From: Ignavibacteriota bacterium
GTDB lineage: Bacteria; Bacteroidota; Ignavibacteria; UBA10030
NCBI GenBank assembly: GCA_963727825.1
Contig: CAVSHO010000009.1
Coordinates: forward strand, 544,001-608,000
Reading direction: 5' to 3'
Length of the DNA: 64,000 nucleotides
In this document: positions 18,839 through 28,579 of the stretch, piece by piece
Layout of the letters: each line of letters begins with the position of its first letter
Position numbering within the stretch: position 1 is the first letter of the stretch
Made by a program: the position numbers and the translations under genes
The notes under the pieces: model-generated
The model's database searches: none
What the model saw: only the letters and a program-made list of their open reading frames with translations
Told to the model about the DNA's origin: nothing

Positions 18839-19836
18839 ACTTGTGCGCCTTGATTGAAGGCAACTGCTGCAATTTCGGAAAGTTTTCGTGGATTGAAATA
18901 GAAACCTTCTAATTTACGTAATTCAGAAATATTTATACCTACTTTCATAAAGGGATAGAACACTTCTGAGTTGTCTTTGTTAATGCGCGCAGCTCTGCAG
19001 ATCAGAAAGTAACTTTCGAAAAAAGGGGCATATGGTTTCAGCCAGGATTCTGCGTATATCGATTGGAAGAAATCATATACCTGGCGATTGAATCGTAAAA
19101 CCACCATATCATCTTTAAATTGTATTTCTTTGAATTCCGGAAAGTCGATGATAATGGAAAATCGTTTTCGATTTGATTCAATTCGCGCCTCCTTAACTTT
19201 TTCATAGAACGGATGTAGCGAATGTATCTTCGGTTGCATGAACCATATTTCGCTAATGTCTATCGTTGTTCCTTCCCGCAGCAAAGCGAGTTGTGCATCC
19301 AATTCCTTTACCTTGCTTAAGTTTGCTTGCAGACGTGCTCGCTGAAGTGTTTCAGGATCGTTACCACCTGAATGTCGAATTCGACGACGTCGCTCTTTTA
19401 TTAAAGAAATCAAATCCAGTCGACTTTGTGCTGAACGGCGAAACTGAACAGCTTCCTTTAAATAATCTTGTGTGTCTCTAGTACCAAGTCCAGATTTTGC
19501 TCGAAGATAAAAATCCAGACCATATCCCGTAACTAAGGCAGAAAAAATAACCATCCAGATGTCAAGTGAGTCATGCGAAGAGAAAAAATCAAGAACCATT
19601 AAAACTATCCCGACGAACCACGCTACTATCGAAACAAGAAACAGCCAAGCCGAAATACCAGAGATGATGGATTCAATAAAAGAGGGTGGCCTATCGATCC
19701 ATATGAGCGTGAACTTGCGCAGCAGGAGCCACGTAACGATAAAAACAGCGAGTGCTATGAGTAAGATTACGTACACAATAATGCCACGAAATGCTGTCGC
19801 TTCAGTTTGAGAACTGGGGTGAGCTTCCACGGACAT
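18835..19836 (-). CDS. Hypothetical membrane protein with C-terminal soluble domain
   Basis: 3 N-terminal TM helices, a basic coiled segment and a globular C-terminus. Confidence 0.8.
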   Translation of the reverse strand: MSVEAHPSSQTEATAFRGIIVYVILLIALAVFIVTWLLLRKFTLIWIDRPPSFIESIISGISAWLFLVSIVAWFVGIVLMVLDFFSSHDSLDIWMVIFSALVTGYGLDFYLRAKSGLGTRDTQDYLKEAVQFRRSAQSRLDLISLIKERRRRIRHSGGNDPETLQRARLQANLSKVKELDAQLALLREGTTIDISEIWFMQPKIHSLHPFYEKVKEARIESNRKRFSIIIDFPEFKEIQFKDDMVVLRFNRQVYDFFQSIYAESWLKPYAPFFESYFLICRAARINKDNSEVFYPFMKVGINISELRKLEGFYFNPRKLSEIAAVAFNQGAQV

Positions 19837-19952
19837 CCTCTCCGCGGAAGAGATTATACCAATGTAAAAGCACGAATTCGTACATCACGAAATGCACAGA
19901 CGAATTGACTATACGGTGAGATCTGTGTTTGTTTCTTGTGTTTAAGAACATA

Positions 19953-20291
19953 TTATTTAAAACTTGCAACGGCGCGATCCACCGTTTCGTATGTCTTAAA
20001 TACTTTAACTAATTGAGTGATTGCAAACAGACTTTCTACTTTCTCGGTAATATTTGCCAGACGTAAATCGCCGGATTTATTTCGGACAGATGTCAACGCC
20101 GCAATAAGTGTTCCCAAACCGGAGCTGCTAATCCATCGCACACCTTTCATGTCCACTACAACTTTGTTAAAACCTTCTTGCAGCAAACTGTAAATCTTAT
20201 CCCGCAAGTTCTCTGTATCCGGTTCACCAATCAGGTTGCCTTTTAAGCTGATAACAGCAATAGTCCCATGCATCTTTTCTTTGATTGTCAT
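19953..20291 (-). CDS. STAS domain anti-sigma-factor antagonist
   Basis: VVVDMKGVRWISSSGLGTL, LFAITQLVKVF. Confidence 0.93.
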   Translation of the reverse strand: MTIKEKMHGTIAVISLKGNLIGEPDTENLRDKIYSLLQEGFNKVVVDMKGVRWISSSGLGTLIAALTSVRNKSGDLRLANITEKVESLFAITQLVKVFKTYETVDRAVASFK

Positions 20292-20344
20292 AGATATACC
20301 CTCGTTTAATACAGTTGTTTTTAATCAAATGAGTCCACATTAAA

Positions 20345-20373
20345 ATGATACGTCCTTTTTAATGGAATGTCAA
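20345..20373 (-). promoter_or_regulatory. Sigma70-type promoter for the STAS gene
   Basis: Minus strand TTGACA-17 nt-TATCAT. Confidence 0.7.
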
Positions 20374-20419
20374 CGCCGATGTATTTACCTTTTTGCTAAT
20401 TAATAGACCTGGGCTATAA

Positions 20420-23400
20420 TTACATTTGTTTTGACGGCGGTTGGGATAACAGCACTAATTTCTCCAAAAATGCTCTAACTGCATTTAATCGCTCTTTTTG
20501 ATTCCCGTTGAATTTGATTTTTGCCGTTAATATCAATTGTTTGCCAGTTTGATTCAAATGCGGGTGGAACGGCTTTAATTCGTGAATACGCTGCATAATA
20601 TTCTGAAATGGTGCTTCATCATCTTCATAATAGGCTTTCACTTCCGGCGGAGGAAAATGCAATGTAATAACCTCGCCCTCCAATTTCACTTTGATAAAAC
20701 TTGTTTTTAATGCAATTACCTTTAATTCGATTTGCTGAAACAAGTGTTCCACTTCTTCCGGATACTCGCCGAACCTATCTTTCAATTCTGCACGCATAAT
20801 ATTGACATCTTCTAACAATTCGCATCTATACAAACGGCGATAAATATCCAATCGCTCTGCGTCGTGTTCAATGTAGATGTCCGGAATGAGTGCCTCGATA
20901 TCGGTTTCAATAACTGTCTCTATTTTTATCTTTGTTCTGTCCCCAATTTTCTTTTCTACCAGATCGTTAAATTCATCTTCCTTTAACTCTGCAACAGCTT
21001 CCTCAACGACTCGTTGGTACATTTCAAATCCCATCTCTAAAATAAATCCTGATTGTTCGCCTCCAAGCAAATTGCCAGCGCCGCGGATTTCCAAATCTCG
21101 CATTGCAAGATTAAATCCAGATCCAAGTTCGGTGAATTCCTGAATTGCTTGAAGCCGGCGCAAAGTCACATGCGGCAGAATAGAAAGCGGCGGCGTAAGA
21201 AGATATGCGTATGCTTGAATGTTTGAACGCCCGACACGGCCACGCAGCTGGTACAATTCTGCTAATCCAAATCTATCCGCACGATTTATGATGATAGTGT
21301 TAACGCTGGGAATATCGATGCCTGATTCAATGATCTTTGTGCACAGCAAGACGTCGTACTTCTTTTCCAAAAAATCCATCATTGCTTTTTCTAATTCGTG
21401 CCCTTTCATCTGTCCGTGCGCAACATGAATGCGGGCCTTTGGCACGTGTTCTTCCAGCATTGTCCGGATAAGGTCGATGTTTTGTATGCGGTCATGCACA
21501 AAGTACACCTGCCCGCTGCGGTGTAATTCTTTCATAATTACTTCATGAATCAGTTGAAGATCGAACTGCGCGATTTCTGTTTGAATAGGAATACGGTTTC
21601 GAGGAGGAGTATTAATAAGCGATAAATCGCGCGCGCCCATTAATGAAAATTGCAGCGTACGCGGGATCGGCGTTGCAGTTAAGGTCAATGTATCGACACT
21701 CGCACGAAGCTGACGTAGTTTTTCTTTCGACGTCACACCAAAACGCTGCTCCTCATCGATAATTAACAAACCAAGATCTTTGAACACAACATCTTTAGAC
21801 AGCAATCGGTGTGTGCCGATAAGAATATCCACCTTTCCTTCTTTGAGCGCTTCTAACACTTTTTTTTGTTCGTTCTTTGGGCGAAACCGCGTAAGTGATT
21901 CTACACGCACCGAATACCGTCCGATGCGATCAAGGAATGTGTGAAAGTGCTGGTGCGCAAGAATCGTCGTCGGTACAAGCACGGCGACTTGCTTGCCGTT
22001 CATCACAGCTTTAAAGGCCGCGCGTACAGCAACTTCCGTTTTACCAAACCCGACATCGCCGCAAATAAGCCGATCCATTGGTGATGGCTGTTCCATATCC
22101 TGTTTCACGTCCAATGTGGACTTTGCCTGATCGGGCGTATCTTCATAGAGGAACGAAGCTTCCATTTCCTTCTGCCAGTGTGTATCAGATGCAAACGCAA
22201 AACCCTGCTCATGTTTACGCCGCGCATATAACTTTATGAGATCACGGGCAATGTCTTTAATTTTTTTTCGCGCACGCAATTTCAGCCGGTCCCAATCTGC
22301 ACCGCCCAGCTTGCTAAGTTTTGGCGTATGCCCTTCCTGCGACGAATATTTTTGCACGCGATTAATAAAATTTAAATGAACATAGAGCGCGTCATTTTCT
22401 TCATACACAAGTTTCATAACTTCTGTTTCTATACCGTGTACTTTTATTTTTTGCAGCCCAGCAAACCGCCCGATTCCATAATCCTGATGCACAACAAAAT
22501 CGCCGCGCTTGAGCTGCTGAAGTTCCTTTTGCGTAAAGCCCTTAAACATTTTCCGTTTTGCAGTGCCTCGTCGTTTCAATCTGCCGAAAATTTCGTGCTC
22601 AGTGAAGATGACAATATTAGCAGGGGGATAGATAAAACCTGAATGAAGTGCCTCAGGAAGAAGCTGATAGGTAATGGGAAGAACATTATTTTCATTTTGA
22701 CTTTTCTCTTTTTCGACGTTTTCTTGCATTTGGAAGATATCTTCCGATTCCTGATTTATAGCTTCTGTTTTCTGGTTTCCGGCCTCTAACTCATTCGGCG
22801 CCGTCAGTTCTTCTTCAATCAATCCGTCGAGCCGTTCGCCTTCTTCCTTTGTGTCACATGCAAGATAGACCTTGTTACCCTGATTGGAAAACTTACTAAC
22901 TTGCTCGATCAATCGCTTGATGCTTCCCGCAATTGGTGGTTGTGGATGACTCTGGAAGTCTATACAAATTTTGGATTGGAAATTTTGAATGATAGTATGA
23001 TCATATCTTACAAAAGCATTCGCATTTTTTTCAATCATCTTCCAATTGAAAATATTAGAATATCCTTCCTGCTGCAGTTCTTCAATTTCTTTTTCGATCA
23101 GCAATGGCTCATCAAAAAGAAGAAGAGCATCGCTTGATAAATACTCAAATACAGAAACCTGTGACTGGGATAAATCAGCGAAGTCATTATGGAGGCTCGC
23201 TACTATATTTGCTATCTGTAATTCACGGATGGAGCGTTGAGAAAGCACATCAAATTCCCGGATGGATTCCACCGTGTCACCCCAGAATTCCAACCGGATC
23301 GGATTATCACCTACAAACGGAAAGATATCGAGAATCCCTCCGCGCACTGCAAAATCACCGTACTCCTCAACGAAATCTTTCTTCGCAAAGCTCATTGTTG

Positions 23401-23875
23401 TAAGTTTTTGAATCAATTCTCCAAACGAATATTCTTTGTTGATTTCTAACTTGATTGCACGCTCGGCAAATTGTATTGTTGACGGAAGCTTCGTTGTCAA
23501 CGCCTCTGCGGATGCAACGACAAGCACACTCTCGGAACGCGAAAGTGACCGAAGAGTTTCCATTTGTGCAATTGGCGCGCTCATATCAAGATTTATTGCG
23601 GCGTGTGAGGGCCCTGAAACGTATAATCGAACTTGATCATCGCCAAGAAGAGTTGCGCAATCATCGCGGAGTTGTTCTGCGTGGTCTCTATCTCTCACCA
23701 CAAGCATCATTTGCGTTTTTCGCAATTCAAAAAGATGCGCGGCTGCAAACGCAATTAACGAACCACTAATGCCTTGCAGTTGAACAGAAATTCCCGGCTG
23801 AAGCAATTTCAAGGTTGCTGTCAATTGCCGGAATGGTTCACTATCAGTAATTCGTTTTCTGATTTGTTCAATCAC
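20420..23875 (-). CDS. mfd: Transcription-repair coupling factor
   Basis: UvrB-homology module, RID domain (VVHQDYGIG), CGDVGFGKTEVA, DEEQRFG, TATPIPRTL, QLRGRVGRS, TRCF C-terminus. Confidence 0.98.
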   Translation of the reverse strand: MIEQIRKRITDSEPFRQLTATLKLLQPGISVQLQGISGSLIAFAAAHLFELRKTQMMLVVRDRDHAEQLRDDCATLLGDDQVRLYVSGPSHAAINLDMSAPIAQMETLRSLSRSESVLVVASAEALTTKLPSTIQFAERAIKLEINKEYSFGELIQKLTTMSFAKKDFVEEYGDFAVRGGILDIFPFVGDNPIRLEFWGDTVESIREFDVLSQRSIRELQIANIVASLHNDFADLSQSQVSVFEYLSSDALLLFDEPLLIEKEIEELQQEGYSNIFNWKMIEKNANAFVRYDHTIIQNFQSKICIDFQSHPQPPIAGSIKRLIEQVSKFSNQGNKVYLACDTKEEGERLDGLIEEELTAPNELEAGNQKTEAINQESEDIFQMQENVEKEKSQNENNVLPITYQLLPEALHSGFIYPPANIVIFTEHEIFGRLKRRGTAKRKMFKGFTQKELQQLKRGDFVVHQDYGIGRFAGLQKIKVHGIETEVMKLVYEENDALYVHLNFINRVQKYSSQEGHTPKLSKLGGADWDRLKLRARKKIKDIARDLIKLYARRKHEQGFAFASDTHWQKEMEASFLYEDTPDQAKSTLDVKQDMEQPSPMDRLICGDVGFGKTEVAVRAAFKAVMNGKQVAVLVPTTILAHQHFHTFLDRIGRYSVRVESLTRFRPKNEQKKVLEALKEGKVDILIGTHRLLSKDVVFKDLGLLIIDEEQRFGVTSKEKLRQLRASVDTLTLTATPIPRTLQFSLMGARDLSLINTPPRNRIPIQTEIAQFDLQLIHEVIMKELHRSGQVYFVHDRIQNIDLIRTMLEEHVPKARIHVAHGQMKGHELEKAMMDFLEKKYDVLLCTKIIESGIDIPSVNTIIINRADRFGLAELYQLRGRVGRSNIQAYAYLLTPPLSILPHVTLRRLQAIQEFTELGSGFNLAMRDLEIRGAGNLLGGEQSGFILEMGFEMYQRVVEEAVAELKEDEFNDLVEKKIGDRTKIKIETVIETDIEALIPDIYIEHDAERLDIYRRLYRCELLEDVNIMRAELKDRFGEYPEEVEHLFQQIELKVIALKTSFIKVKLEGEVITLHFPPPEVKAYYEDDEAPFQNIMQRIHELKPFHPHLNQTGKQLILTAKIKFNGNQKERLNAVRAFLEKLVLLSQPPSKQM
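22742..22790. repeat. Degenerate heptamer tandem repeat inside the mfd linker
   Basis: TTCCGAT TCCTGAT TTATAGC TTCTGTT TTCTGGT TTCCGGC CTCTAAC. Confidence 0.5.
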
Positions 23876-24011
23876 ATGGCAAGCTTTCCATTATCAACAT
23901 TTCAGCTTCTGTTCTTCCAGAATACACCTCACCCCGATCATCTCAGAATTTCCGGACAATCAGGGTCAATAAAAGCTACCGAAAAGTCGGGCGACATTCA
24001 AACACTACAAT

Positions 24012-24052
24012 AAAAAAGCCGTTCTTTCCGGTATTTATCGGATCAGAACGGT
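24012..24052 (-). terminator. Intrinsic terminator with no long ORF upstream
   Basis: Minus strand ACCGTTCT...AGAACGGC stem with inner TCCG/CGGA pairing, followed by TTTTTTATT. Confidence 0.65.
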
Positions 24053-24417
24053 TCCGCATCTAACACACGTGACCGATTATTTCTTATCCTTTATATTTGT
24101 CTCTTCCTTAACGGTTTTCTTTTCTATACGTTTCTTCCTATCTTTTTTCACACTCTGCCGTGCTGTTCATAGCACATTTATCTTTTTTCTCCTGTTCACA
24201 TTTTGCGGTAAATGTTGCTTTCTTGTGAAGTCAAGTCTTCTTCAGCTTGTTATTAAGATAGAGGAAAACCTCTTAATCTCTAAAGTGATTTAATGATGCA
24301 TTTTGCTTTACTTTTTTGTAGATTTTCACAAAACAAACTCGCTTTGCTGTGGGGAGCACTATCATTTAGACATCCTAACACATCGCTTAAACAATATAAA
24401 TTTTTGAAAGCGATTAT

Positions 24418-25128
24418 ATGCCATCTTCTGATTCATCGAATGTATTGAGATTCCGATACAAGTTTCAATTTGAAAACGGAGAAGAGAAGTTGTTCGAGGT
24501 ATTGCTTAACGAGCAAACGCTTCACGTAATCCAAAGTTCAACTGTAAGCAATCCCGAATGGACCAAGCTTAAATATCACCAATGCACAAACTGTCCGCTG
24601 AAGGATGATGTTGTATACTGTCCGATAGCGGTAACCATAGCGCATCTCATCGACGAATTTAAGTTCTCAACTTCGTATGATAAAACGTGGGTAGTAGTGG
24701 AAACACCGGAACGCACGTATGCTCAGGAGACAACGGTGCAAAACGGTCTTAGCGCCATTCTCGGAATCTATATGGTTACAAGCGATTGTCCTGTTCTTGA
24801 TTATTTACGACCGATGGTGCGCTTTCATCTTCCGTTCGCAACGACAGATGAAACTGTATTCCGCGCTGTATCGATGTACTTGGTAGCGCAGTATTTTCGT
24901 GAACGCGAAGGACTTGAACCGAATTGGAATTTAGAAGGGCTCGTAAATATCTACAAGGAGATTGGAATCGTGAACAAAGGTATCTGGAACCGCCTTTCCA
25001 AGGCTTCCAGCTTCGACGCTAATGTGAATGCATTAATAGTACTGAGCACGTTTGGCGATGCTGTGCGGTTCTCACTAAAGAAAGACTTAGAAAATCTCTC
25101 TAAGCTATTTACTAAATACATGGAGTAA
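24418..25128 (+). CDS. DUF6901-like Cys-containing hypothetical protein
   Basis: PEWTKLKYHQCTNCPL..YCP, VETPERTY, SDCPVLDYLRPMVRFHLPFA pattern. Confidence 0.7.
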   Translation: MPSSDSSNVLRFRYKFQFENGEEKLFEVLLNEQTLHVIQSSTVSNPEWTKLKYHQCTNCPLKDDVVYCPIAVTIAHLIDEFKFSTSYDKTWVVVETPERTYAQETTVQNGLSAILGIYMVTSDCPVLDYLRPMVRFHLPFATTDETVFRAVSMYLVAQYFREREGLEPNWNLEGLVNIYKEIGIVNKGIWNRLSKASSFDANVNALIVLSTFGDAVRFSLKKDLENLSKLFTKYME

Positions 25129-25342
25129 CGATTTGTAATTGCGTATTTGTGATATTTTAGCGGCTTAATATGAGAAATATTCTTCGGTCGTGTACGGCAA
25201 AGCAGAAGTATTTTTGAATAACCATAAGTAAGTATTGCATCTCGAAATTCTTTACGTATATTTGCAGATATAGAAAACAAAATTCTTGAACACGAAATAC
25301 ATTGATAAATAATAATCGTTTACCCATATACAGGAGGTTTAA

Positions 25343-26479
25343 ATGAAATCCATTTTTCGATTTGCAGTAGCAGTCATCTTTGTGCTGGTACTCGCTAGCG
25401 GTATAACATTCGCACAGGATTTACAGCAACAAATATCAAAGTTAGGCCAACAAGCTGCAATCGGTTATGTTTCTCCAATTTTGAACGGTTGGGGTAATGA
25501 TTTGAATTCAGGGATTTATTACTCAGCAGATTTGCATGACGCTCTCGGTTTCGACATTGGAGTAAAGTTGGCCATGTCAAGGACCACTGATGCAGATAAA
25601 TCATATACTCTTAATCTTCCGGCTGCAATAAATATAGACAAGTCATCATTAACTTATACACAACCTGCTGGGGCTTCATTATATGAAAAAGTTGGGAATA
25701 ACTATGTGCTTTATACAAATAGTGAAGTTCAGGTAAAATCTGGCAACGCATATGACCCTTCAATAACTGCTCCAACAGCAATAGGCGATAAAAATAGTGT
25801 CGTTGTAAAAGGTAAATCCGGAACAACTGTCTATTCGGTCAATGGAAATCCGCTGTATGCTGGTGCGGGTGGAGTTTACACTCAATTACCCAATTTCAAT
25901 CTTAGCAATAATACACTTTTTGTACTCCCTGGTGGGTATAACTTGGGCTCATTGGGTGTACCTTTACCTATGCCACAATTAAATTTAGGTTTACCGTTTG
26001 GTTTAGAGGTTATGCTTCGTTATTTCCCAACAACCGCCTACCAAGATTATGGAAAATTTGCCTATATGGGTTTTGGGCTTCGATACGACATCGACCAGTG
26101 GATTCCTATGTGTCCAGTTGATATTGCCGTTCATTTCATGACACAAAAATTAACTTTCAAATCAAGCAGTGATCAAGATATTTTTACAGGCAAGGCGACT
26201 GCATACGGAGTTGAAGTGAGCAAGAAACTTTTCATTCTTACATTATATGGCGGCTTCCAAATGGAAAGTTCTACATTGACAGTTGCAGACTATGCATACT
26301 CAGGGAATGATCCAACCTTGCAGGGAGTAGATATACCTGGATTTGAGGTGAAGGGGAATGATAAATCACGCTTTACTGTCGGTGCTCGATTGTTGTTACT
26401 TTTCATTAATGTTCACGCAGATTATAGTTTTTCTTCAACTTCAGTCCTGACTCTTGGTGCCGGCATTACCATACGCTAA
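25343..26479 (+). CDS. Exported, probable outer-membrane beta-barrel protein (DUF6588-like)
   Basis: Signal peptide, PQLNLGLPFGLEVMLRYFP, alternating beta-strand C-terminus, strong AGGAGG RBS. Confidence 0.75.
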   Translation: MKSIFRFAVAVIFVLVLASGITFAQDLQQQISKLGQQAAIGYVSPILNGWGNDLNSGIYYSADLHDALGFDIGVKLAMSRTTDADKSYTLNLPAAINIDKSSLTYTQPAGASLYEKVGNNYVLYTNSEVQVKSGNAYDPSITAPTAIGDKNSVVVKGKSGTTVYSVNGNPLYAGAGGVYTQLPNFNLSNNTLFVLPGGYNLGSLGVPLPMPQLNLGLPFGLEVMLRYFPTTAYQDYGKFAYMGFGLRYDIDQWIPMCPVDIAVHFMTQKLTFKSSSDQDIFTGKATAYGVEVSKKLFILTLYGGFQMESSTLTVADYAYSGNDPTLQGVDIPGFEVKGNDKSRFTVGARLLLLFINVHADYSFSSTSVLTLGAGITIR

Positions 26480-26501
26480 ATGTAATTCTGTTTATCTCAT
26501 T

Positions 26502-26535
26502 AAAAGCTGACCCTTCACGAGGATCAGCTTTTTTT
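26502..26535 (+). terminator. Intrinsic terminator
   Basis: AAAAGCTGACCCT-TCACG-AGGATCAGCTTTTTTT. Confidence 0.85.
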
Positions 26536-26556
26536 ATTGCAAAAATGAACTTTGAA

Positions 26557-26602
26557 CCTTCCGAAAGTTTTCTTTGTTTAGACGCTGGCAACTTTCGGAA
26601 GG
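26557..26602. repeat. 13-bp perfect inverted repeat element
   Basis: CCTTCCGAAAGTT-n20-AACTTTCGGAAGG. Confidence 0.65.
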
Positions 26603-26728
26603 GTGGCTTTTTATTTCTCAAAAAAATTCCGTATCTTGTTATCGCCTCAGAAAGTAAGTAGAGACTGGGGCATTTTTATTTATTCAAGGTCGGGATCACA
26701 TCTCGACCTGCGCTTTTTGAAAGGTAAA

Positions 26729-28579
26729 ATGCAAGAAGTAACACATATACGCAACATAGCTATAATCGCACACGTTGATCACGGCAAGACAACGCTTGTG
26801 GATTTTATGCTGCGACAAACAGGAACATTCCGTGCCAACCAGGATATGGGCACGCGGGTAATGGATTCCAATGATTTAGAGCGCGAACGTGGCATTACAA
26901 TTTTAGCAAAGAATACTGCCGTGTTGTATAAAGAACCTAAATCCGGCGAGATTTATAAAATTAATATTGTAGACACACCAGGCCATTCTGATTTTGCAGG
27001 TGAAGTTGAACGCACATTAAAAATGGTTGATGGCGTTCTCTTGCTGGTAGATGCCGCCGAAGGTCCTTTGCCCGGAACAAAGTTCGTGCTTAAGAAATCG
27101 CTTGATCTCAATTTGCTTCCCATAGTTGTCATAAACAAAATTGATCGCAAAGATGCACGAGCGCATCAAGTATTAGATGAAGTGTTCGAGCTGTTTCTTT
27201 CACTCGGCGCACATGACCAACAGTTAGATTTTCCGACGATTTATTGTATTGCAAAGCAGGGAATCGCAAAAAACGAATTAGAAGATGAAAGCACAAATCT
27301 TGAACCGCTCTTTGAAGCAATTATAAAGTATATTCCTGCGCCCAGCGGCGATACACAAGGACCGTTCCAGATGCTGGTAACAACTATTGACTACAACGAC
27401 TATTTAGGTCGTCTTGGAATTGGAAGAGTTTCGCGCGGCAAAATTCGGCTCGGTTCTCCGATGAAAATCGTTCATCGTGATGGTTTGGTAGATGATGCAC
27501 GCGTAACAAAAATTTACACTTTTCAAGGATTGAAACGCACTGAAGTGGAAGAAGCAGGTACGGGCGAAATTATCGCTGTTGCAGGCATGGAAGATGTCGA
27601 TATTGGCGAAACTATTGCCGATGCTTCTGATCCGACGCCATTGTCTTTCGTTGCTATCGAAGAGCCAACGCTTTCGATGAATTTTATAGTCAACAACTCA
27701 CCTTTTGCAGGGTTGGATGGTAAGTATGTTACAACACGCCATCTTGGTGATCGTTTAGCGCGAGAACTTCGTTCAAATGTTAGTTTGCGTGTGGAATTGA
27801 CAGACTCGCCGGATATATTCAAAGTGAGCGGCAGAGGTGAATTGCATCTTGGTATTCTTATTGAAACCATGCGGCGTGAAGGATATGAATTTCAGGTCTC
27901 GCGCCCTGAAGTAATACTCAAACGCATTGCCGATGTCGTTTGCGAACCTATTGAGCACGTCATCATCGATGTACCCGACGAACACGTCGGGGTGGTAATC
28001 GAAAATCTTGGAAAGCGCAAAGGCGAAATGCGGCAAATGGTGCAGAGTCAGGGTAACACGCGGTTGGAATTTCTTGTGCCTTCGCGCGGACTGATTGGAT
28101 TCCGTTCAGAATTTATGACCCAAACCAAGGGTACCGGCATTATGCATCATATTTTTCACGGCTACGAACCGTTCAAAGGCGAATTGTCCCACCGAACACG
28201 CGGCGCATTGATTGTTTTAGAAGATGGCGAGTCGGTCGCGTATGGCATGTGGAAACTACAGGAACGTTCCACGTTCTTCATCGAACCTGGTGTTCGAGTC
28301 TATGCCGGAATGATTGTAGGTGAAAATTCCCGCGAGTACGATATGGTAGTTAATGTCTGCAAGACAAAACAATTGACAAATATGCGTGCTTCCGGTTCAG
28401 ACGAAGCAGTTCGTCTTGAGCCACCGCGGAATCTTACACTTGAACAGGCAATCGAATGGATTGGCGAAGACGAATATGTTGAAGTCACGCCCAAGTCTAT
28501 GCGTCTACGTAAAAAATATTTGGATCACAACGAGCGTAATCGTATGTCCAGGAAGAAAGCGGAAACGATAGAAGATTGA
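26729..28579 (+). CDS. typA: Translational GTPase TypA/BipA
   Basis: RNIAIIAHVDHGKTTLVD, ERERGITILAK, DTPGH, NKID, GRGELHL, KQLTNMRASGSD. Probable start ATG 26729. Confidence 0.98.
   Translation: MQEVTHIRNIAIIAHVDHGKTTLVDFMLRQTGTFRANQDMGTRVMDSNDLERERGITILAKNTAVLYKEPKSGEIYKINIVDTPGHSDFAGEVERTLKMVDGVLLLVDAAEGPLPGTKFVLKKSLDLNLLPIVVINKIDRKDARAHQVLDEVFELFLSLGAHDQQLDFPTIYCIAKQGIAKNELEDESTNLEPLFEAIIKYIPAPSGDTQGPFQMLVTTIDYNDYLGRLGIGRVSRGKIRLGSPMKIVHRDGLVDDARVTKIYTFQGLKRTEVEEAGTGEIIAVAGMEDVDIGETIADASDPTPLSFVAIEEPTLSMNFIVNNSPFAGLDGKYVTTRHLGDRLARELRSNVSLRVELTDSPDIFKVSGRGELHLGILIETMRREGYEFQVSRPEVILKRIADVVCEPIEHVIIDVPDEHVGVVIENLGKRKGEMRQMVQSQGNTRLEFLVPSRGLIGFRSEFMTQTKGTGIMHHIFHGYEPFKGELSHRTRGALIVLEDGESVAYGMWKLQERSTFFIEPGVRVYAGMIVGENSREYDMVVNVCKTKQLTNMRASGSDEAVRLEPPRNLTLEQAIEWIGEDEYVEVTPKSMRLRKKYLDHNERNRMSRKKAETIED

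Noticed and set aside
24069-24293. 74-aa Phe/Leu-rich plus-strand ORF
   Set aside because: It is the complement of the purine-rich minus-strand tract, has no RBS, and the terminator points the other way.
26603-26728. N-terminal extensions given by the ORF track (typA here; likewise batA, batB, dedA, 59816 and 60652)
   Set aside because: Family N-termini, RBS positions and promoter positions favour the downstream starts.
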